Shown: positions 1 through 10,379 of the stretch, piece after piece | Numbering within the stretch: the stretch's first letter is position 1 | Layout of the letters: every line of letters starts with the position of its first letter | Origin: Thermoanaerobaculia bacterium | GTDB taxonomy: Bacteria; Acidobacteriota; Thermoanaerobaculia; Multivoradales; Multivoraceae | NCBI GenBank assembly: GCA_965214805.1 | Contig: OZ243982.1 | Coordinates: 898,033-962,032 of the forward strand | DNA length: 64,000 bases | Direction: 5' to 3' | Translations under genes and position numbers: made by a program | The notes under the pieces: model-generated | What the model saw: the letters and a program-made list of their open reading frames with translations, nothing else | Database searches by the model: none | What the model was told of the DNA's origin: nothing

Positions 1-1142
1 CCTTCGAGGACAAGGGGATGCCGCCGTCCGAGATCACGCTCGCCGAGCTGCTGAAGCCGGCCGGCTACCACTCCGTGCACATCGGCAAGTGGCACCTCGG
101 CCGAGGCGAAGGCATGGCCGCCCACGACCAGGGCTTCGACGAGAGCCTGCTCATGGTGAGCGGCCTGTACCTGCCCGAGGAAGATCCGAACGTCGTCAAC
201 TCGAAGCAGGATTTCGACGGGATCGACCGCTTCCTGTGGCGCTCGGCGCGGTTCGAAGCGTCCTTCAACGGCGGTCCCAGCTTCGAGCCCGGCGGCTATC
301 TCACCGACTACTACACCGACCAGGCGGTCAAGGTGATCGAGGCCAACAAGGAGCGGCCCTTCCTTCTCTACCTGGCGCACTGGGCGGTGCATACGCCGTT
401 GCAGGCCCTGCGCGCCGACTACGAGGCGCTGTCGCACATCGAGGAGCACCGCCTGCGGGTCTACGCCTCGATGGTACGCTCCCTCGACCGCAGCGTCGGT
501 CGGGTGATCGAGGCGCTGCGCGAGAACGGCCTCGAAGAGAACACGCTCGTCTTCTTCACCTCCGACAACGGGGCGCCGGCCTACATCGGTCTGCCGCGCG
601 TCAACGAGCCGTTCCGCGGCTGGAAGATCAGCTTCTTTGAGGGAGGCATCCACGTGCCGTTCCTCCTGAAGTGGCCGGCTCGCCTCGCCGGAGGTCACGT
701 CTACGAAGCGCCGGTGCACGGCTTCGACATCTTCGCGACCGCGGCGGCCGCGGCGGGCGTCAACCTGCCCGGCGACCGGAAGATCGACGGGGTCGACCTG
801 ACGCCGCACGTCCTGGGCAAGGCCGAAGGCGTGCCGCACGAACGGCTCTTCTGGCGCACCGGCGGCTATCGGGTCGTCCTTGCCGACGGCTGGAAACTCC
901 AGATCAGCGAACCGCCCGGGAAGGTGTGGCTCTTCGATCTGGCGAACGACCCCACCGAGCAGTACAACGTCGCCGACAAGGAGCCGGAGCGGGTCGCGGC
1001 CCTCAAGGAGCTCCTCGCCGAGCACGACAAGGAACAGGAGACGCCGATCTGGCCGTGGGCCGCCCGGAGCCCGATCAACATCGACAAGACGCTGCTCGAG
1101 CCGGACGCTCCGGACGACGAGCACATCTACTGGTACAACTGA
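1..1142 (+). CDS. Sulfatase (arylsulfatase family), 5'-partial at window edge
   Basis: The ORF frame is open back to position 3. The GKWHLG motif and C-terminal sulfatase-like sequence (LVFFTSDNG, WKLQISEPPGKVWLFDLANDPTEQ) are present. Confidence 0.8.
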   Translation, partial: FEDKGMPPSEITLAELLKPAGYHSVHIGKWHLGRGEGMAAHDQGFDESLLMVSGLYLPEEDPNVVNSKQDFDGIDRFLWRSARFEASFNGGPSFEPGGYLTDYYTDQAVKVIEANKERPFLLYLAHWAVHTPLQALRADYEALSHIEEHRLRVYASMVRSLDRSVGRVIEALRENGLEENTLVFFTSDNGAPAYIGLPRVNEPFRGWKISFFEGGIHVPFLLKWPARLAGGHVYEAPVHGFDIFATAAAAAGVNLPGDRKIDGVDLTPHVLGKAEGVPHERLFWRTGGYRVVLADGWKLQISEPPGKVWLFDLANDPTEQYNVADKEPERVAALKELLAEHDKEQETPIWPWAARSPINIDKTLLEPDAPDDEHIYWYN

Positions 1143-1205
1143 CCGGGCAGAGAGAGCCCGACCCGGAGCCGGAAGGTTCTCCGTCCGGGCTTCGATGGGC
1201 TGGAG

Positions 1206-3077
1206 CTAGAGCTTCAGCCGCTCCTCCACTGCGCGCCAGGCGGCATCGATCGCGCCCTGAACGAGGGGCCGGGACTCTGCGTCCGAGTTCGCGATGCTGA
1301 CGCGGCCGAACGACCTGCGCCCCAGTTCGTGGGGCGCCTCTCCCGCCGGCCATTCGGGGTCGTACAGGTCCATGTAGCTGTAGGCATAGCCGTGGGGCCA
1401 GCGGTTGACGGTGATCGCTTCAACGTGCCGGTCGGCGTCGAAGCCGAGGTCGCCGAACATCGATGCGAGCTGGCCTTCGACCTCCGCCTCGTACGTCGAG
1501 AACGAGGTGTCGAACAGCTTGCGGCGGCCGATGCGGTAGAGGTCCCTCCCGGTCTGACCGCCGTCGTTCTCCGGCGCCGGCGCCTTCCCCATGAACACGA
1601 CGAGCGGCCCGTCCGGATCGTCCGCGACGCCGTAGTCGCCCAGCGCGACCGGCGGCGCCAGCGACACCAAGCCGAAGTGGCTTCCGGGACACAGGAACAC
1701 CGAAGCGCCGGACCCGCGCACCGGCCGACCGGTGCGAAGAAGCACGTTCACCCAGACGAACGGCACCTTCGAGCCGTACGCGAGATGGCCTCTCTGCGCC
1801 TCCGGCAATTCGGGGCACAGGTGAGGAATCATGCTGTTGTAGCACGCAAGGATGCAGTGCCGGGAACGGACGCGGCAGGCACGTCCGGCAGTCACGTATG
1901 ACACGTCGACCGCATCGCTTCCGGAGTGTTCGACCTTCACCGCCGTGCTGTTCAGGCGAATCCGTACCGGCGAGTCTTCGCGGTCGAGGGCGGAGTAGTC
2001 GAAGCGCGCCGTGACCAGGTCCTGCATCGAGTTCCCCGGCGCCACGGCCGGGATCAGCTTTCTCACGAACAACCTCGCCACGGACGCGTTGCCATCGGGA
2101 AACAGCGGTGACCGCGGGTCCGAGTCCTGATCCGGCCGGTAGGGGCCGGCGGGTTGGCCGGTCAACCCGTTCGGTCCGGGGGCTCCGGTCAGGACCGCCT
2201 CCCGCACGGAGACGCTTTCGAGGCCAACACCGAAGAGCGCCCTCCGCGTGGGCTCGAACAACCTGCCCGCAGCCCGAGAGAGGCCGACCCGTTCCGAAAG
2301 GAAGGTCTCGTAGCTGGTGCTCCGCACGTACTCCAGCCTCTCCTCGGTCGAAAGGCCCGCAAGAAAGTCCGTCCGACCGGCGGCAAGCTCCCTGAGCTTT
2401 CGCGTGTCCGCTTCGGACATGCCCAGATCGTCGATGAGACCCGCCGAATCGTCGGCGCCGCGCCAAGCCCGCGACCAGCGGCCCACGACGTTCCGGCTGC
2501 GGCCGTACTCCCTGGCGCCGAGATGAATGCCGGACGGCGCGCTGGAGTTGTAGAGCAGGTAGTCGGGCTGCACGACTTTCTCGAGCTTCCTGAAGTCGAC
2601 GCCGATCTCCTCGAGGAGTCCATGAGCCTGCGGGCTCATGTAAGCCTGTTCGAGGTTGATGCTCCCGCCGAAGCCAAGCAGCATCCGGCCGTCGGCGTGG
2701 AACTCGTTGCGCTTGGCGTGGCCGCCGAAGTCGTCGTGATTGTCGAGAACCAGAATGTTCGGGTCGCCCGGGGAGTTCTTCCGGTAGAGGTACGCGGCAG
2801 CCAGACCGCTGATCCCCCCGCCCACGACCACGAGGTCACAACGCTCGTCCAGGGAGTCGTACCGGGCGGGCCGCTCGCCGCTCCAGGCCAGGGCATGGGC
2901 CGTCTCGAAGGAACCCTCGTGACTGCCGCGCATGCCCGTCAGGATCGGCGGATAGTAGTCAGGCGGTGCGTCCCGGACCTGGACCGCCGTCAGCTGGCGA
3001 GGAGCCAGCGTCCCTCCGGCGACGACGGAGAGGGCGACGCCGTTCAGGAAATCGCGGCGGGAAATGGTGGGCCGCAT
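1206..3077 (-). CDS. TAT-signal FAD/NAD(P)-binding oxidoreductase (spermidine dehydrogenase-like)
   Basis: There is a twin-arginine motif (SRRDFLNGVALSVVAGG) and a Rossmann GxGxxG (VVVGGGISGLAAAY). Length is about 620 aa and it lies on the same strand as the upstream cupin gene. The start was moved to the internal ATG at 3077 (MRPTISRRDFL). Confidence 0.6.
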   Translation of the reverse strand: MRPTISRRDFLNGVALSVVAGGTLAPRQLTAVQVRDAPPDYYPPILTGMRGSHEGSFETAHALAWSGERPARYDSLDERCDLVVVGGGISGLAAAYLYRKNSPGDPNILVLDNHDDFGGHAKRNEFHADGRMLLGFGGSINLEQAYMSPQAHGLLEEIGVDFRKLEKVVQPDYLLYNSSAPSGIHLGAREYGRSRNVVGRWSRAWRGADDSAGLIDDLGMSEADTRKLRELAAGRTDFLAGLSTEERLEYVRSTSYETFLSERVGLSRAAGRLFEPTRRALFGVGLESVSVREAVLTGAPGPNGLTGQPAGPYRPDQDSDPRSPLFPDGNASVARLFVRKLIPAVAPGNSMQDLVTARFDYSALDREDSPVRIRLNSTAVKVEHSGSDAVDVSYVTAGRACRVRSRHCILACYNSMIPHLCPELPEAQRGHLAYGSKVPFVWVNVLLRTGRPVRGSGASVFLCPGSHFGLVSLAPPVALGDYGVADDPDGPLVVFMGKAPAPENDGGQTGRDLYRIGRRKLFDTSFSTYEAEVEGQLASMFGDLGFDADRHVEAITVNRWPHGYAYSYMDLYDPEWPAGEAPHELGRRSFGRVSIANSDAESRPLVQGAIDAAWRAVEERLKL

Positions 3078-3082
3078 GCTGC

Positions 3083-3532
3083 TCAGTTGCCTTCCGCGGC
3101 AAGCCACGCGTCGGTATCGACCACGATCAGCTCTCGATAGTCGCCCCGCATCTCCCAAGTGCCCATGAAGCCCTTGGGCACGAGGAAGGTGTCGCCCGCC
3201 TTGTAGGTCTCCTTCTTCCCTTCCACGTGCGTCAGCGTGACCTCGCCGTCCAGCACCAGCACGAACTCGTCATAGGGGAACGGATACGGGATATCCAGCA
3301 GAGCCGGCGCCGCGGCGTAGATGGCCACGATCACTTCCCCCTGATGCAGGATGCTCTGCCAGTGCTCGCTCCTGCCCTCCAGGACCAGGTCGTCCGGGAA
3401 AGGCTGCACGCTCTCGACGTGCGCCTGACGCAGCTTGTCCGCATCGAGCGGCAGGATCTCGGGAGCGGCAAGCGCCTGCGAAGGCAGCACGATGCAAGGC
3501 AGAACGGCGAACAGACGGAACACTCTCATCAT
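3083..3532 (-). CDS. Secreted cupin-domain protein
   Basis: It has a signal peptide (MMRVFRLFAVLPCIVLPSQALA) and a cupin-like core (GEVIVAIYAA, DEFVLVLDGEV, YKAGDTFLVPKG). It sits 5 bp upstream of the oxidoreductase on the same strand. Confidence 0.6.
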   Translation of the reverse strand: MMRVFRLFAVLPCIVLPSQALAAPEILPLDADKLRQAHVESVQPFPDDLVLEGRSEHWQSILHQGEVIVAIYAAAPALLDIPYPFPYDEFVLVLDGEVTLTHVEGKKETYKAGDTFLVPKGFMGTWEMRGDYRELIVVDTDAWLAAEGN

Positions 3533-3644
3533 GAATCTCCATGTCTTGCGCTCGAGCGCTGCGCGGGAATCTGCAAGACCATCCCGAGTCGCTCTTGCTT
3601 GTATACTCCATCAGCACAAACCGACTCTCGATGAGCTCTCGAGA

Positions 3645-5078
3645 ATGGCGAAAGGAGCCGGCTCCTTGAAGCAGGCAGTCCTGGCGGGCTTCGCCTTCCT
3701 GGCTGCCGTTGCCGCGCAGGCGGGCGCGACGCAAGGTGGCGCCCCGCCGGTGCTGGAGGACGTCCGCCTTCTGGAACTGCCGGACGAGCTGGCGGCGGTG
3801 CCGGCCGATGTCCGATGGCAGGAGGACGGAAGCCTTCTGCTCGGCCTGCGTCGGCACGGAATCTACTCGTGGGTCCCCGAGACGGGGCGCATCGAGGCAG
3901 TAGCCACGCTCTCTGGCAGCACCTGGTGGCGCGCTGGCAGGTACGGAGACTACAGCCGCCTGGGCGGCTGGGCCGCCGGCACGCTGATCTTCGCTGGCGA
4001 CCTCTTCGGTGTGTACCGGCAACGTGGCGGGCGGATCACGGCGCTCAAGGCGAACCTGGAGATCGTGGGCGATCTGGATCAGCGTGACGGTACGGCCGTT
4101 GCGGTGGGACTTGCCCGGCAGCCCAAGCCGTCTCCCGGGCCGGACGACATCTGGGAGCCGTACATCGCCTGGCTGATCGACGCCGAGGGCGGAAACCGGG
4201 GATTGCTCCCGACTCGCGACGGCGGCCGCGCCCTGGATTCCTGCTATCCGGTGGAGCTATCGGTCAGCCGGTTCGTGACGGACCGTCTGGTCCTGGTGAT
4301 CCCCGGCGCAGAACCCGGAGTCCATCTGTACGGAACGGACGGCGCGCTCCGAGGAATCGTGGATTCGGAGGCTCTCTCGATCACCCGGCCCGACTGCAGT
4401 TCAGAGCTGAAGCCGCTGCTCGACGATGAGGCGGGCCGCACGGAATGGCTGGGTCGACACCGGTTGATCGACGAAGTAGCGGCGAACGGTGAGGGCGACG
4501 TGTTCTTCTTCGTGCGCCACGTCGTGGACGACGAATCCGTACTGCCGGTGCCGACGAGCGGCACGTTGCCCGACGTGCCGACGGCAGTCCAGGCTTCGGA
4601 CGTCGAACAGGTCGCGGAGGCCGTGGAAGGTGCCGGCGACGCCAGAGGCGTGAGCGGGGTAACGGGAGTGCTCGGCCTGGGAGACGTGGACGACCCCGAA
4701 CTGAAGAAGCTGCTGCAGGACGGCGCCGCGCAGGACGGCACATTGATTGTCACTGGCGAGCAGGCGGAACGGCTTCTGGCCGCCCTGAGACCTCAGGCGG
4801 CTGCAAGCGAGGCCTCCGCGGTGCCGGCGACTTCGGCGGCCCCCGTTCCCAGGGCGAAGGTCTGCTGGGACATCGTCCATTTGCGCACGAACGACCTGCA
4901 GAGCACCTCCAGCGCACCTTGCGCCGTATCCTCGGATCGTGCAGATGCGCGCTTGCGCGCTGATCTGTCCGGTGACCGGGCTGTCTTTCTCCTCCGTGGC
5001 GCCACGCGCCTGGCCCAGGGAGACGTGGATCGGCCCGCAAAGGTCTTCATGGCTCGTCTCCGCTCAGGGAGCCGGTAG
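3645..5078 (+). CDS. Hypothetical secreted protein
   Basis: The start was placed at the internal ATG (MAKGAGSLKQAVLAGFAFLAAVAAQA), which gives a signal peptide and avoids overlap with the cupin gene. The body is protein-like with no recognised family. Confidence 0.45.
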   Translation: MAKGAGSLKQAVLAGFAFLAAVAAQAGATQGGAPPVLEDVRLLELPDELAAVPADVRWQEDGSLLLGLRRHGIYSWVPETGRIEAVATLSGSTWWRAGRYGDYSRLGGWAAGTLIFAGDLFGVYRQRGGRITALKANLEIVGDLDQRDGTAVAVGLARQPKPSPGPDDIWEPYIAWLIDAEGGNRGLLPTRDGGRALDSCYPVELSVSRFVTDRLVLVIPGAEPGVHLYGTDGALRGIVDSEALSITRPDCSSELKPLLDDEAGRTEWLGRHRLIDEVAANGEGDVFFFVRHVVDDESVLPVPTSGTLPDVPTAVQASDVEQVAEAVEGAGDARGVSGVTGVLGLGDVDDPELKKLLQDGAAQDGTLIVTGEQAERLLAALRPQAAASEASAVPATSAAPVPRAKVCWDIVHLRTNDLQSTSSAPCAVSSDRADARLRADLSGDRAVFLLRGATRLAQGDVDRPAKVFMARLRSGSR

Positions 5079-5095
5079 GGAGTTCGTGCCGCCCG

Positions 5096-8000
5096 ATGCC
5101 TGGCACTCCAGCCATGTTCTCGGGTAGCGCATTCTCAGGTAGCGCTGCCCCATCCCCCTACTTGCCAATCTCGCGGGGCCCGGTCGGATCGTCGACTGGA
5201 GATCCTCTTCCGACATGCGGCCGGGTCTCTGCGCTCCGGCGGCGCCTCCGGAGGGTGGCCGCGTTTGCCTTCTTCCTTCTTGCGGCTGCGGCCAGGGTTT
5301 CCGCACAGCCGAGCGGGGAACATCAGTTCGCCGAGGATCTCCATCTCGTCTGTCTGGACAGCGTCGGAGTCGCCCTGGCGCTGCCGCCGGTCTCGGCCGC
5401 GGTACCGGAGGCGGAGGCATGGCGGGAGATCTCCGTCCGTGCGGGAGCCGACACCGAAGTGGAGGCCTGCTGGGTGTGGGACAACATCTGCCCGCCTGCG
5501 AAGCGCTCGTTCGGTTCCGACCTGGCGCCGGTGTGCACCGACGGCGGGAAGGACGTGGAGACTGCTTCCAGCAGCGGGCTCCTCGTGCGGCTGCCGCCGG
5601 ATGTGGGAGAAGATCCCGCCGAGCCTCCACAGTCGACGGTCACCGCGGCGCCGACCGCGATGTGGCGGGAGGTGCCCCGCAGCCTGCTGCCGTCCTGGAA
5701 TACACGAGCGCGCGCCGTTCGCTTGCCGTACGGTCCCGGTCCGTGGCGGGTGCAGGCCTGCACCGAGAATCGCTGCTCCCGCTGGACAGACGTCCCGAAT
5801 GGGGCAGGGCAGGTCGCGCTGCCTCTCGTACAGGCCCGAACGGTGAGCCGCATGATCACGGCGGATGGGTCCCCGCTGCCAGGTGCGCGCTTCCATCTCG
5901 TACGTCCCGGCCGGGATGTCCTCAGCCTTGCCGAGATCCTCGGACTCGAGCAGGCGGACGAAGAAGGCCGGATCGCGTTCCGGCTCCCGGCCGATGAAGA
6001 CGCGGCAGTCGTCGTCTCGATCCAGGGACGCGAAGCGGCGGCGTTCCCGACGTTGCGCGACGTGCCCCATCGGGTCGAGCTCGAATCCGGTCTCTTCGTG
6101 AGCGGCCGAATCGTCGACGAAGCAGGCGACCCGGTCGCTGCTCGGCTTCGTGGCCGCTCCTTCATCCGGGACGGCTTCGGTCTGACGCAGTTGCAGACGG
6201 GCCAGACACGCATCGACGGCCGCTTCCGGCTGTCCGGATTCTCTGCCGGCGACGCAACCCTGCGGGCCGTTGCCGAAGCAGACGGCGAGCTGGAGCTCGC
6301 CAGACGGCTGGAGCTGGAAGAGTCGGTGGACATGGGGGACCTCGTTCTGAGCGAGGTCGAGATCGTGTGGGTCCGGGTCATCGATGCCCTGCGCCGCGCA
6401 CCTGTGGACGGGGCACTGATCCGAGCCGCGGACGGCCAGGAGACACGGACCGGTCTGGACGGCCTCGCCAGGTTGCCGGTTCGGTACGGGCGGGAGCTTC
6501 AGGTCATCGCGGGCGGCTACGGGTTCAACCTTCTCCGGCTACCGGCGGGAGTCGGTCGCGTGCCGGACGAGCCGTTCCCGATCGAACTGGATCCCGCACT
6601 GACGGTGACCGGGGTCTACGTCGCGGCGGATGGCCTGACGCCGGCCGAAGGCGGCCGGTTGAGTGCCCGGAGTGCCGCTGACCTCCTGCTGAGCAAGGCG
6701 ATCCAGGACGACGGCGCCTTCTCCATCGATCTGCCCACGCCCGGCTCATGGGAACTTGAACTGACCGCTGGCAACGCCGGTTCCACTCGCGTGGAGATAA
6801 CAGGCGTCGGCGGTGAGACGATCGATCTCGGCACGATTCGCGCGCGGCCTTCGGCCCTCGTCTCTGGCCACCTCGTGGGCGAAGGCCACGAACCGCTGGC
6901 CGGAGCGTCCGTGACTTCGACGCCGCCATCCACGCTGGGGCCGCTCATCGCGCCGCTCGCAGGCGGCGCCCTCACCGCGGAATCCGACCGCGATGGATAC
7001 TTCGAACTCCACGGGCTGGAGCCGGGTCCCGTGACTCTCCGGTTCGCAGCCCAGAAGTACGCGCCGCTTCGGCTCGAGATCCATGTCGAAGACGCGGAAC
7101 GGATCGACGTCGGCACGGTCGAGCTTTCTCGGGGCCGGAAGATCACGGTGCGTTCAGACGTCGAGAGGGGTTCGGTCGTCCTGACCGCCGGCCACGCGGT
7201 ACCGCCCGAGAAGAAGACCGCGGCGCTTCGGGACGGGGAGGCCGTCTTCGGTGCCGTGCCGGCGGAACCGCTCGAGGTCGTCGTCCTGAACGGCGGCGGA
7301 CAGCCGATCTGCACCAGGAGGGTCTCCGGAAGCAGGGGCGATCTCACTCTTCGCTGCAACGACCGGAGCGTGCGAGTCACTGGACGGGTGACAATGGACG
7401 GATCTCCTGCTCAAGGCTCGCTGCGGTGGCAGCACAGGAGCGGCGATGCCGAGCTTCCGGGCGGTCTGTTCCGTTCTCGGGTCGACGGCCTCGAGCGGGT
7501 CGAGGCCGTGACGAACCGGCTCCAGGACCTTCAGAGTCCACTGGACGAAGGCGGGATGTACAGATTGGCCTCGGTGCTGCCGGGCGAGTGGGAGGTGCAC
7601 TGGATGCCGGCGACGGGCGGAGCCCAGGAACCGCGCGTGGTGAACGTGCCGGCTGGCGCGGGCCGCGAAGTGGTGCGGGACATCGCCTACCAGGGAGCGT
7701 CGGTGCAGGGAGTCGTTCTGGACCCGGAGGGCCTGCCCGCCGGTCGGGCGACGGTGGAGGCGTTCCCCGGCCAGCCGCCGGTGATGTCGGACAGCCATGG
7801 AAGCTTCCGGATGTTGGGCATGCGGCCGGGGCGCTACCAGTTGCGGGCTCGCCAACGCCACCTTCGATCGGAACTCGTGGAGGTGGAACTCGACCGGCCT
7901 GGCGACCGGGAGACGGTGCAGCTTCATCTCGTGGACCAACCGACGTCGGACCGACTGCGGATCGAACTCCAGGGCAGCACTGGCGGATTCTGCTTCGTGG

Positions 8001-8206
8001 AGACGAACAACGGCTCTGGCGGCCAGCTCGTGCAGGTGAGGGGCGGCCGGAGCGAAGTGCCTCTGGAACCACCGCTGGGCGAGCTGGTCCGCGCCGCCTG
8101 CATCGCGGACGGGCGGTGGGTCCTGGGCGACTGGCGGGTCTCCGCCAGGCACTGGATGACGGCCTGGCGTTCGACCCGGACGCCTCCACGGCTTCCCTGG
8201 CCCTGA
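5096..8206 (+). CDS. Large secreted protein with multiple carboxypeptidase-regulatory-like (CarboxypepD_reg) beta-sandwich repeats. It probably continues to 8418 through a frameshift.
   Basis: It has a signal-like N-terminus (RRRLRRVAAFAFFLLAAAARVSAQP). Repeated motifs of the type GRIVDEAGDPV and SDRDGYFELHGLEPGPVTLRFAAQKYAP are typical of CarboxypepD_reg domains. The start codon is uncertain. Confidence 0.6.
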   Translation: MPGTPAMFSGSAFSGSAAPSPYLPISRGPVGSSTGDPLPTCGRVSALRRRLRRVAAFAFFLLAAAARVSAQPSGEHQFAEDLHLVCLDSVGVALALPPVSAAVPEAEAWREISVRAGADTEVEACWVWDNICPPAKRSFGSDLAPVCTDGGKDVETASSSGLLVRLPPDVGEDPAEPPQSTVTAAPTAMWREVPRSLLPSWNTRARAVRLPYGPGPWRVQACTENRCSRWTDVPNGAGQVALPLVQARTVSRMITADGSPLPGARFHLVRPGRDVLSLAEILGLEQADEEGRIAFRLPADEDAAVVVSIQGREAAAFPTLRDVPHRVELESGLFVSGRIVDEAGDPVAARLRGRSFIRDGFGLTQLQTGQTRIDGRFRLSGFSAGDATLRAVAEADGELELARRLELEESVDMGDLVLSEVEIVWVRVIDALRRAPVDGALIRAADGQETRTGLDGLARLPVRYGRELQVIAGGYGFNLLRLPAGVGRVPDEPFPIELDPALTVTGVYVAADGLTPAEGGRLSARSAADLLLSKAIQDDGAFSIDLPTPGSWELELTAGNAGSTRVEITGVGGETIDLGTIRARPSALVSGHLVGEGHEPLAGASVTSTPPSTLGPLIAPLAGGALTAESDRDGYFELHGLEPGPVTLRFAAQKYAPLRLEIHVEDAERIDVGTVELSRGRKITVRSDVERGSVVLTAGHAVPPEKKTAALRDGEAVFGAVPAEPLEVVVLNGGGQPICTRRVSGSRGDLTLRCNDRSVRVTGRVTMDGSPAQGSLRWQHRSGDAELPGGLFRSRVDGLERVEAVTNRLQDLQSPLDEGGMYRLASVLPGEWEVHWMPATGGAQEPRVVNVPAGAGREVVRDIAYQGASVQGVVLDPEGLPAGRATVEAFPGQPPVMSDSHGSFRMLGMRPGRYQLRARQRHLRSELVEVELDRPGDRETVQLHLVDQPTSDRLRIELQGSTGGFCFVETNNGSGGQLVQVRGGRSEVPLEPPLGELVRAACIADGRWVLGDWRVSARHWMTAWRSTRTPPRLPWP

Positions 8207-8418
8207 TCGGTCAGAGCCGCGTCGGCGGCGTCACGATCTCGGCGCCCGGCGGCTGGAACCTGGGGCCGCTTCGCATGTGGTTCGGCGGTGCGCCGACATT
8301 CTCCGTCGGCGAGACGATTCCGAACCTCCCCGTCGGCGCCTACGCCATCCGGTCGGGAGATGTCTCCCGGACGGTCGTTACCGAACACCGACAGATTACC
8401 GAAGTCGAGATCGACTGA
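8123..8418 (+). other. Frameshifted C-terminal segment of the CarboxypepD_reg protein. Protein-like sequence continues in another frame to a stop at 8418.
   Basis: The frame beginning at 8125 (part of ORF 7426..8418) reads ALDDGLAFDPDASTASLALIGQSRVGGVTISAPGGWNLGPLRMWFGGAPTFSVGETIPNLPVGAYAIRSGDVSRTVVTEHRQITEVEID. The annotated frame degenerates after WRVSA. A single C insertion in the run near 8145 (tccgcc|aggc) would join the two frames. Confidence 0.45.
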
Positions 8419-8544
8419 AGCGGACGCCGCGATGGGCCGTTCCGTCGCCAGCGCCCATCAAAGCCCACGCAGGCCACGCCGCTCAGGAGATCCGGAGCCG
8501 TCAGGCGGGTGCCCTCAGTGGCTGTCTCGGTGGCTGATCGGCGG

Positions 8545-10254
8545 CTATTCCCTGCCCCTGGTCTGTTCGACGACCAGCAGTTGATCGGCAGAGACGTCCT
8601 GCCGGGTGGTCGTCGAGCCGTCAGGCCAGGTGACGACCACCGAATCGACCGTGGCAGCGTCGCCCAGGCCGAAGTGCTGCCGGAAGTCGTCCTGGGACAG
8701 GTAGCTGGTGCCGCTGCGGATGCTGCGGAGCTGTCTCCGCTCTCCCGCAGTGACCTGGATGATCGCGCCGATCGCGTCCGGGTTCCGGCCGGCGCCCTCC
8801 AGCCTGACCTGCAGCCAGTGCCCGCCGGAGGCCTCGTTCTTCAGGACCATCGGCGAGCCGTCGAGGTCGTTGATCACGAGGTCCACCCGGCCGTCGTTGT
8901 CGAGGTCGCCCACTGCCAGGCCGCGGCTCACCCGCGGTTCGAGGAAGGCCGGACCCCCTCGCCCGCCAACCTCCTCGAACGTACCGTCGCCCAGGTTGCG
9001 ATAGAGGAGCTTGCGCTGGCGGTAGCCGGCCGACGCGCCCAGCCTGGCGCCGTCGAGCTGGGGATACACGTGGCCATTCACGACGACCAGGTCTTCCCAG
9101 CCGTCGTTGTCGTAGTCGAAGAACGCGGTCCCCCAGCCGACGTAGGGCAGGCTCGACGCACCCGTCCTCGACCGGAAGGAGGCATCGCTCGAGTAGCCGC
9201 CTTCGTTGCGGTAGAGCGCGTTGTACTCCTCGGCGAAATTGCTCACGAACAGGCTCAGCCGGCCGCTGCCGTCGTAGTCGCCCACGGCAACGCCCATTCC
9301 ACCCTGTTCGCCGCCGTCCTCGCTCACCGCAACGCCCATGAAGAACCCCGACTCTTCGAACGTGCCGTCCTTGCGGTTGAGATAGAGGTAGTTGGGTGTC
9401 GAGTCGTTGGCGACGTAGAGGTCGAGCCAGCCGTCCTGGTTGACGTCGATCCAGGCGATGCCGAGGCCGAAGTAGCCCTCGGGACCGCGAACCCCGGCCT
9501 GCTCGCCGACCTCGGTGAAGGCGCCGTCTTCTTCATGGCGGAACAGCAGGTCGGACGTTCCCGGCAGGCCGCGCGGTCCGCATTGAACGGAGATGCCGCG
9601 GTACTCGCAGGTCCTGCCCTCTCCGAACACCGGCAGGTTGTCGAGATCGAACTCGACGTAGCGGCTCACGAACAGGTCGAGGTCGCCGTCGCGGTCGTAG
9701 TCGGCGAAGCCGCAACCCGTCGACCAGCCGGAAGCGGCGACGCCGAGCTCTGCCGCGACGTCGGTGAACGTGCCTGCCTTCGAGTTGCGGTAGAGCCGGT
9801 TCCGGTCGACGCCGGTGATGTAGAGGTCCTGCCATCCGTCTCCGTCGACGTCGGCGATGCACAGGCCCATGCCCCAGCCGGGGTGGGCGACGCCGGCCTC
9901 GGCAGCGACATCGCGAAACGTGCCGTCGCCGAGGTTGCGGTAGAGCGCACTGTGCGACGACTCCGGTTCGTTCGCGGTGTCGACGGTGAGGGAGTTGACG
10001 AAGTAGATGTCGAGCAGGCCGTCACGGTCGTGATCGAACAGCCCCACGCCTCCGCTCATCGACTCGACAATGTACTTCTTTTCGGGCGCGGAGTCGTGGC
10101 GGAAGTCGATGCCGGCGGCCTCGGTGATGTCGCGGAACAGGGGCGGCCCGTCCTCGATCATGCCCTTGTTCTCGGCTTCGTTCCCGGCCACGTTTTCGCC
10201 GAATGCCGGAGCAGCCCACGCCAGAACGGCCCCCAGCAGAGCGAGCCTCGTCAA
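8545..10254 (-). CDS. ASPIC/UnbV-domain protein with FG-GAP/VCBS repeats (CRTAC1-like), secreted
   Basis: Repeated DxDGDG-type motifs are present (VDGDGWQDLY, DYDRDGDLDLF, DYDNDGWEDL, DLDNDGRVDL). The C-terminal UnbV_ASPIC-like sequence is TSYLSQDDFRQHFGLGDAATVDSVVVTWPDG. The first roughly 445 codons of the 1015-aa track ORF are a wrong-frame extension across the upstream TPR gene. The likely TTG start at 10254 sits just before the signal peptide LTRLALLGAVLAWAAPAFG. Confidence 0.7.
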   Translation of the reverse strand: MTRLALLGAVLAWAAPAFGENVAGNEAENKGMIEDGPPLFRDITEAAGIDFRHDSAPEKKYIVESMSGGVGLFDHDRDGLLDIYFVNSLTVDTANEPESSHSALYRNLGDGTFRDVAAEAGVAHPGWGMGLCIADVDGDGWQDLYITGVDRNRLYRNSKAGTFTDVAAELGVAASGWSTGCGFADYDRDGDLDLFVSRYVEFDLDNLPVFGEGRTCEYRGISVQCGPRGLPGTSDLLFRHEEDGAFTEVGEQAGVRGPEGYFGLGIAWIDVNQDGWLDLYVANDSTPNYLYLNRKDGTFEESGFFMGVAVSEDGGEQGGMGVAVGDYDGSGRLSLFVSNFAEEYNALYRNEGGYSSDASFRSRTGASSLPYVGWGTAFFDYDNDGWEDLVVVNGHVYPQLDGARLGASAGYRQRKLLYRNLGDGTFEEVGGRGGPAFLEPRVSRGLAVGDLDNDGRVDLVINDLDGSPMVLKNEASGGHWLQVRLEGAGRNPDAIGAIIQVTAGERRQLRSIRSGTSYLSQDDFRQHFGLGDAATVDSVVVTWPDGSTTTRQDVSADQLLVVEQTRGRE

Positions 10255-10379
10255 CTGCCGCGGCGATGTGCCGGCGCAGCCGGCGGCCTGGCGGTCGCGG
10301 TACGGGCGGCGCCGCGGCAGCGATCCCCGCGTGCGCAAGCGATGTACCGCGCCGCTCGAGACTCGGTTCGGTACCCGGC

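Noticed and set aside
1142-1206. Bidirectional terminator between the convergent sulfatase and oxidoreductase genes
   Set aside because: There is only a weak 6-bp stem (ccggag/ctccgg) with no T-tract, too weak to call.
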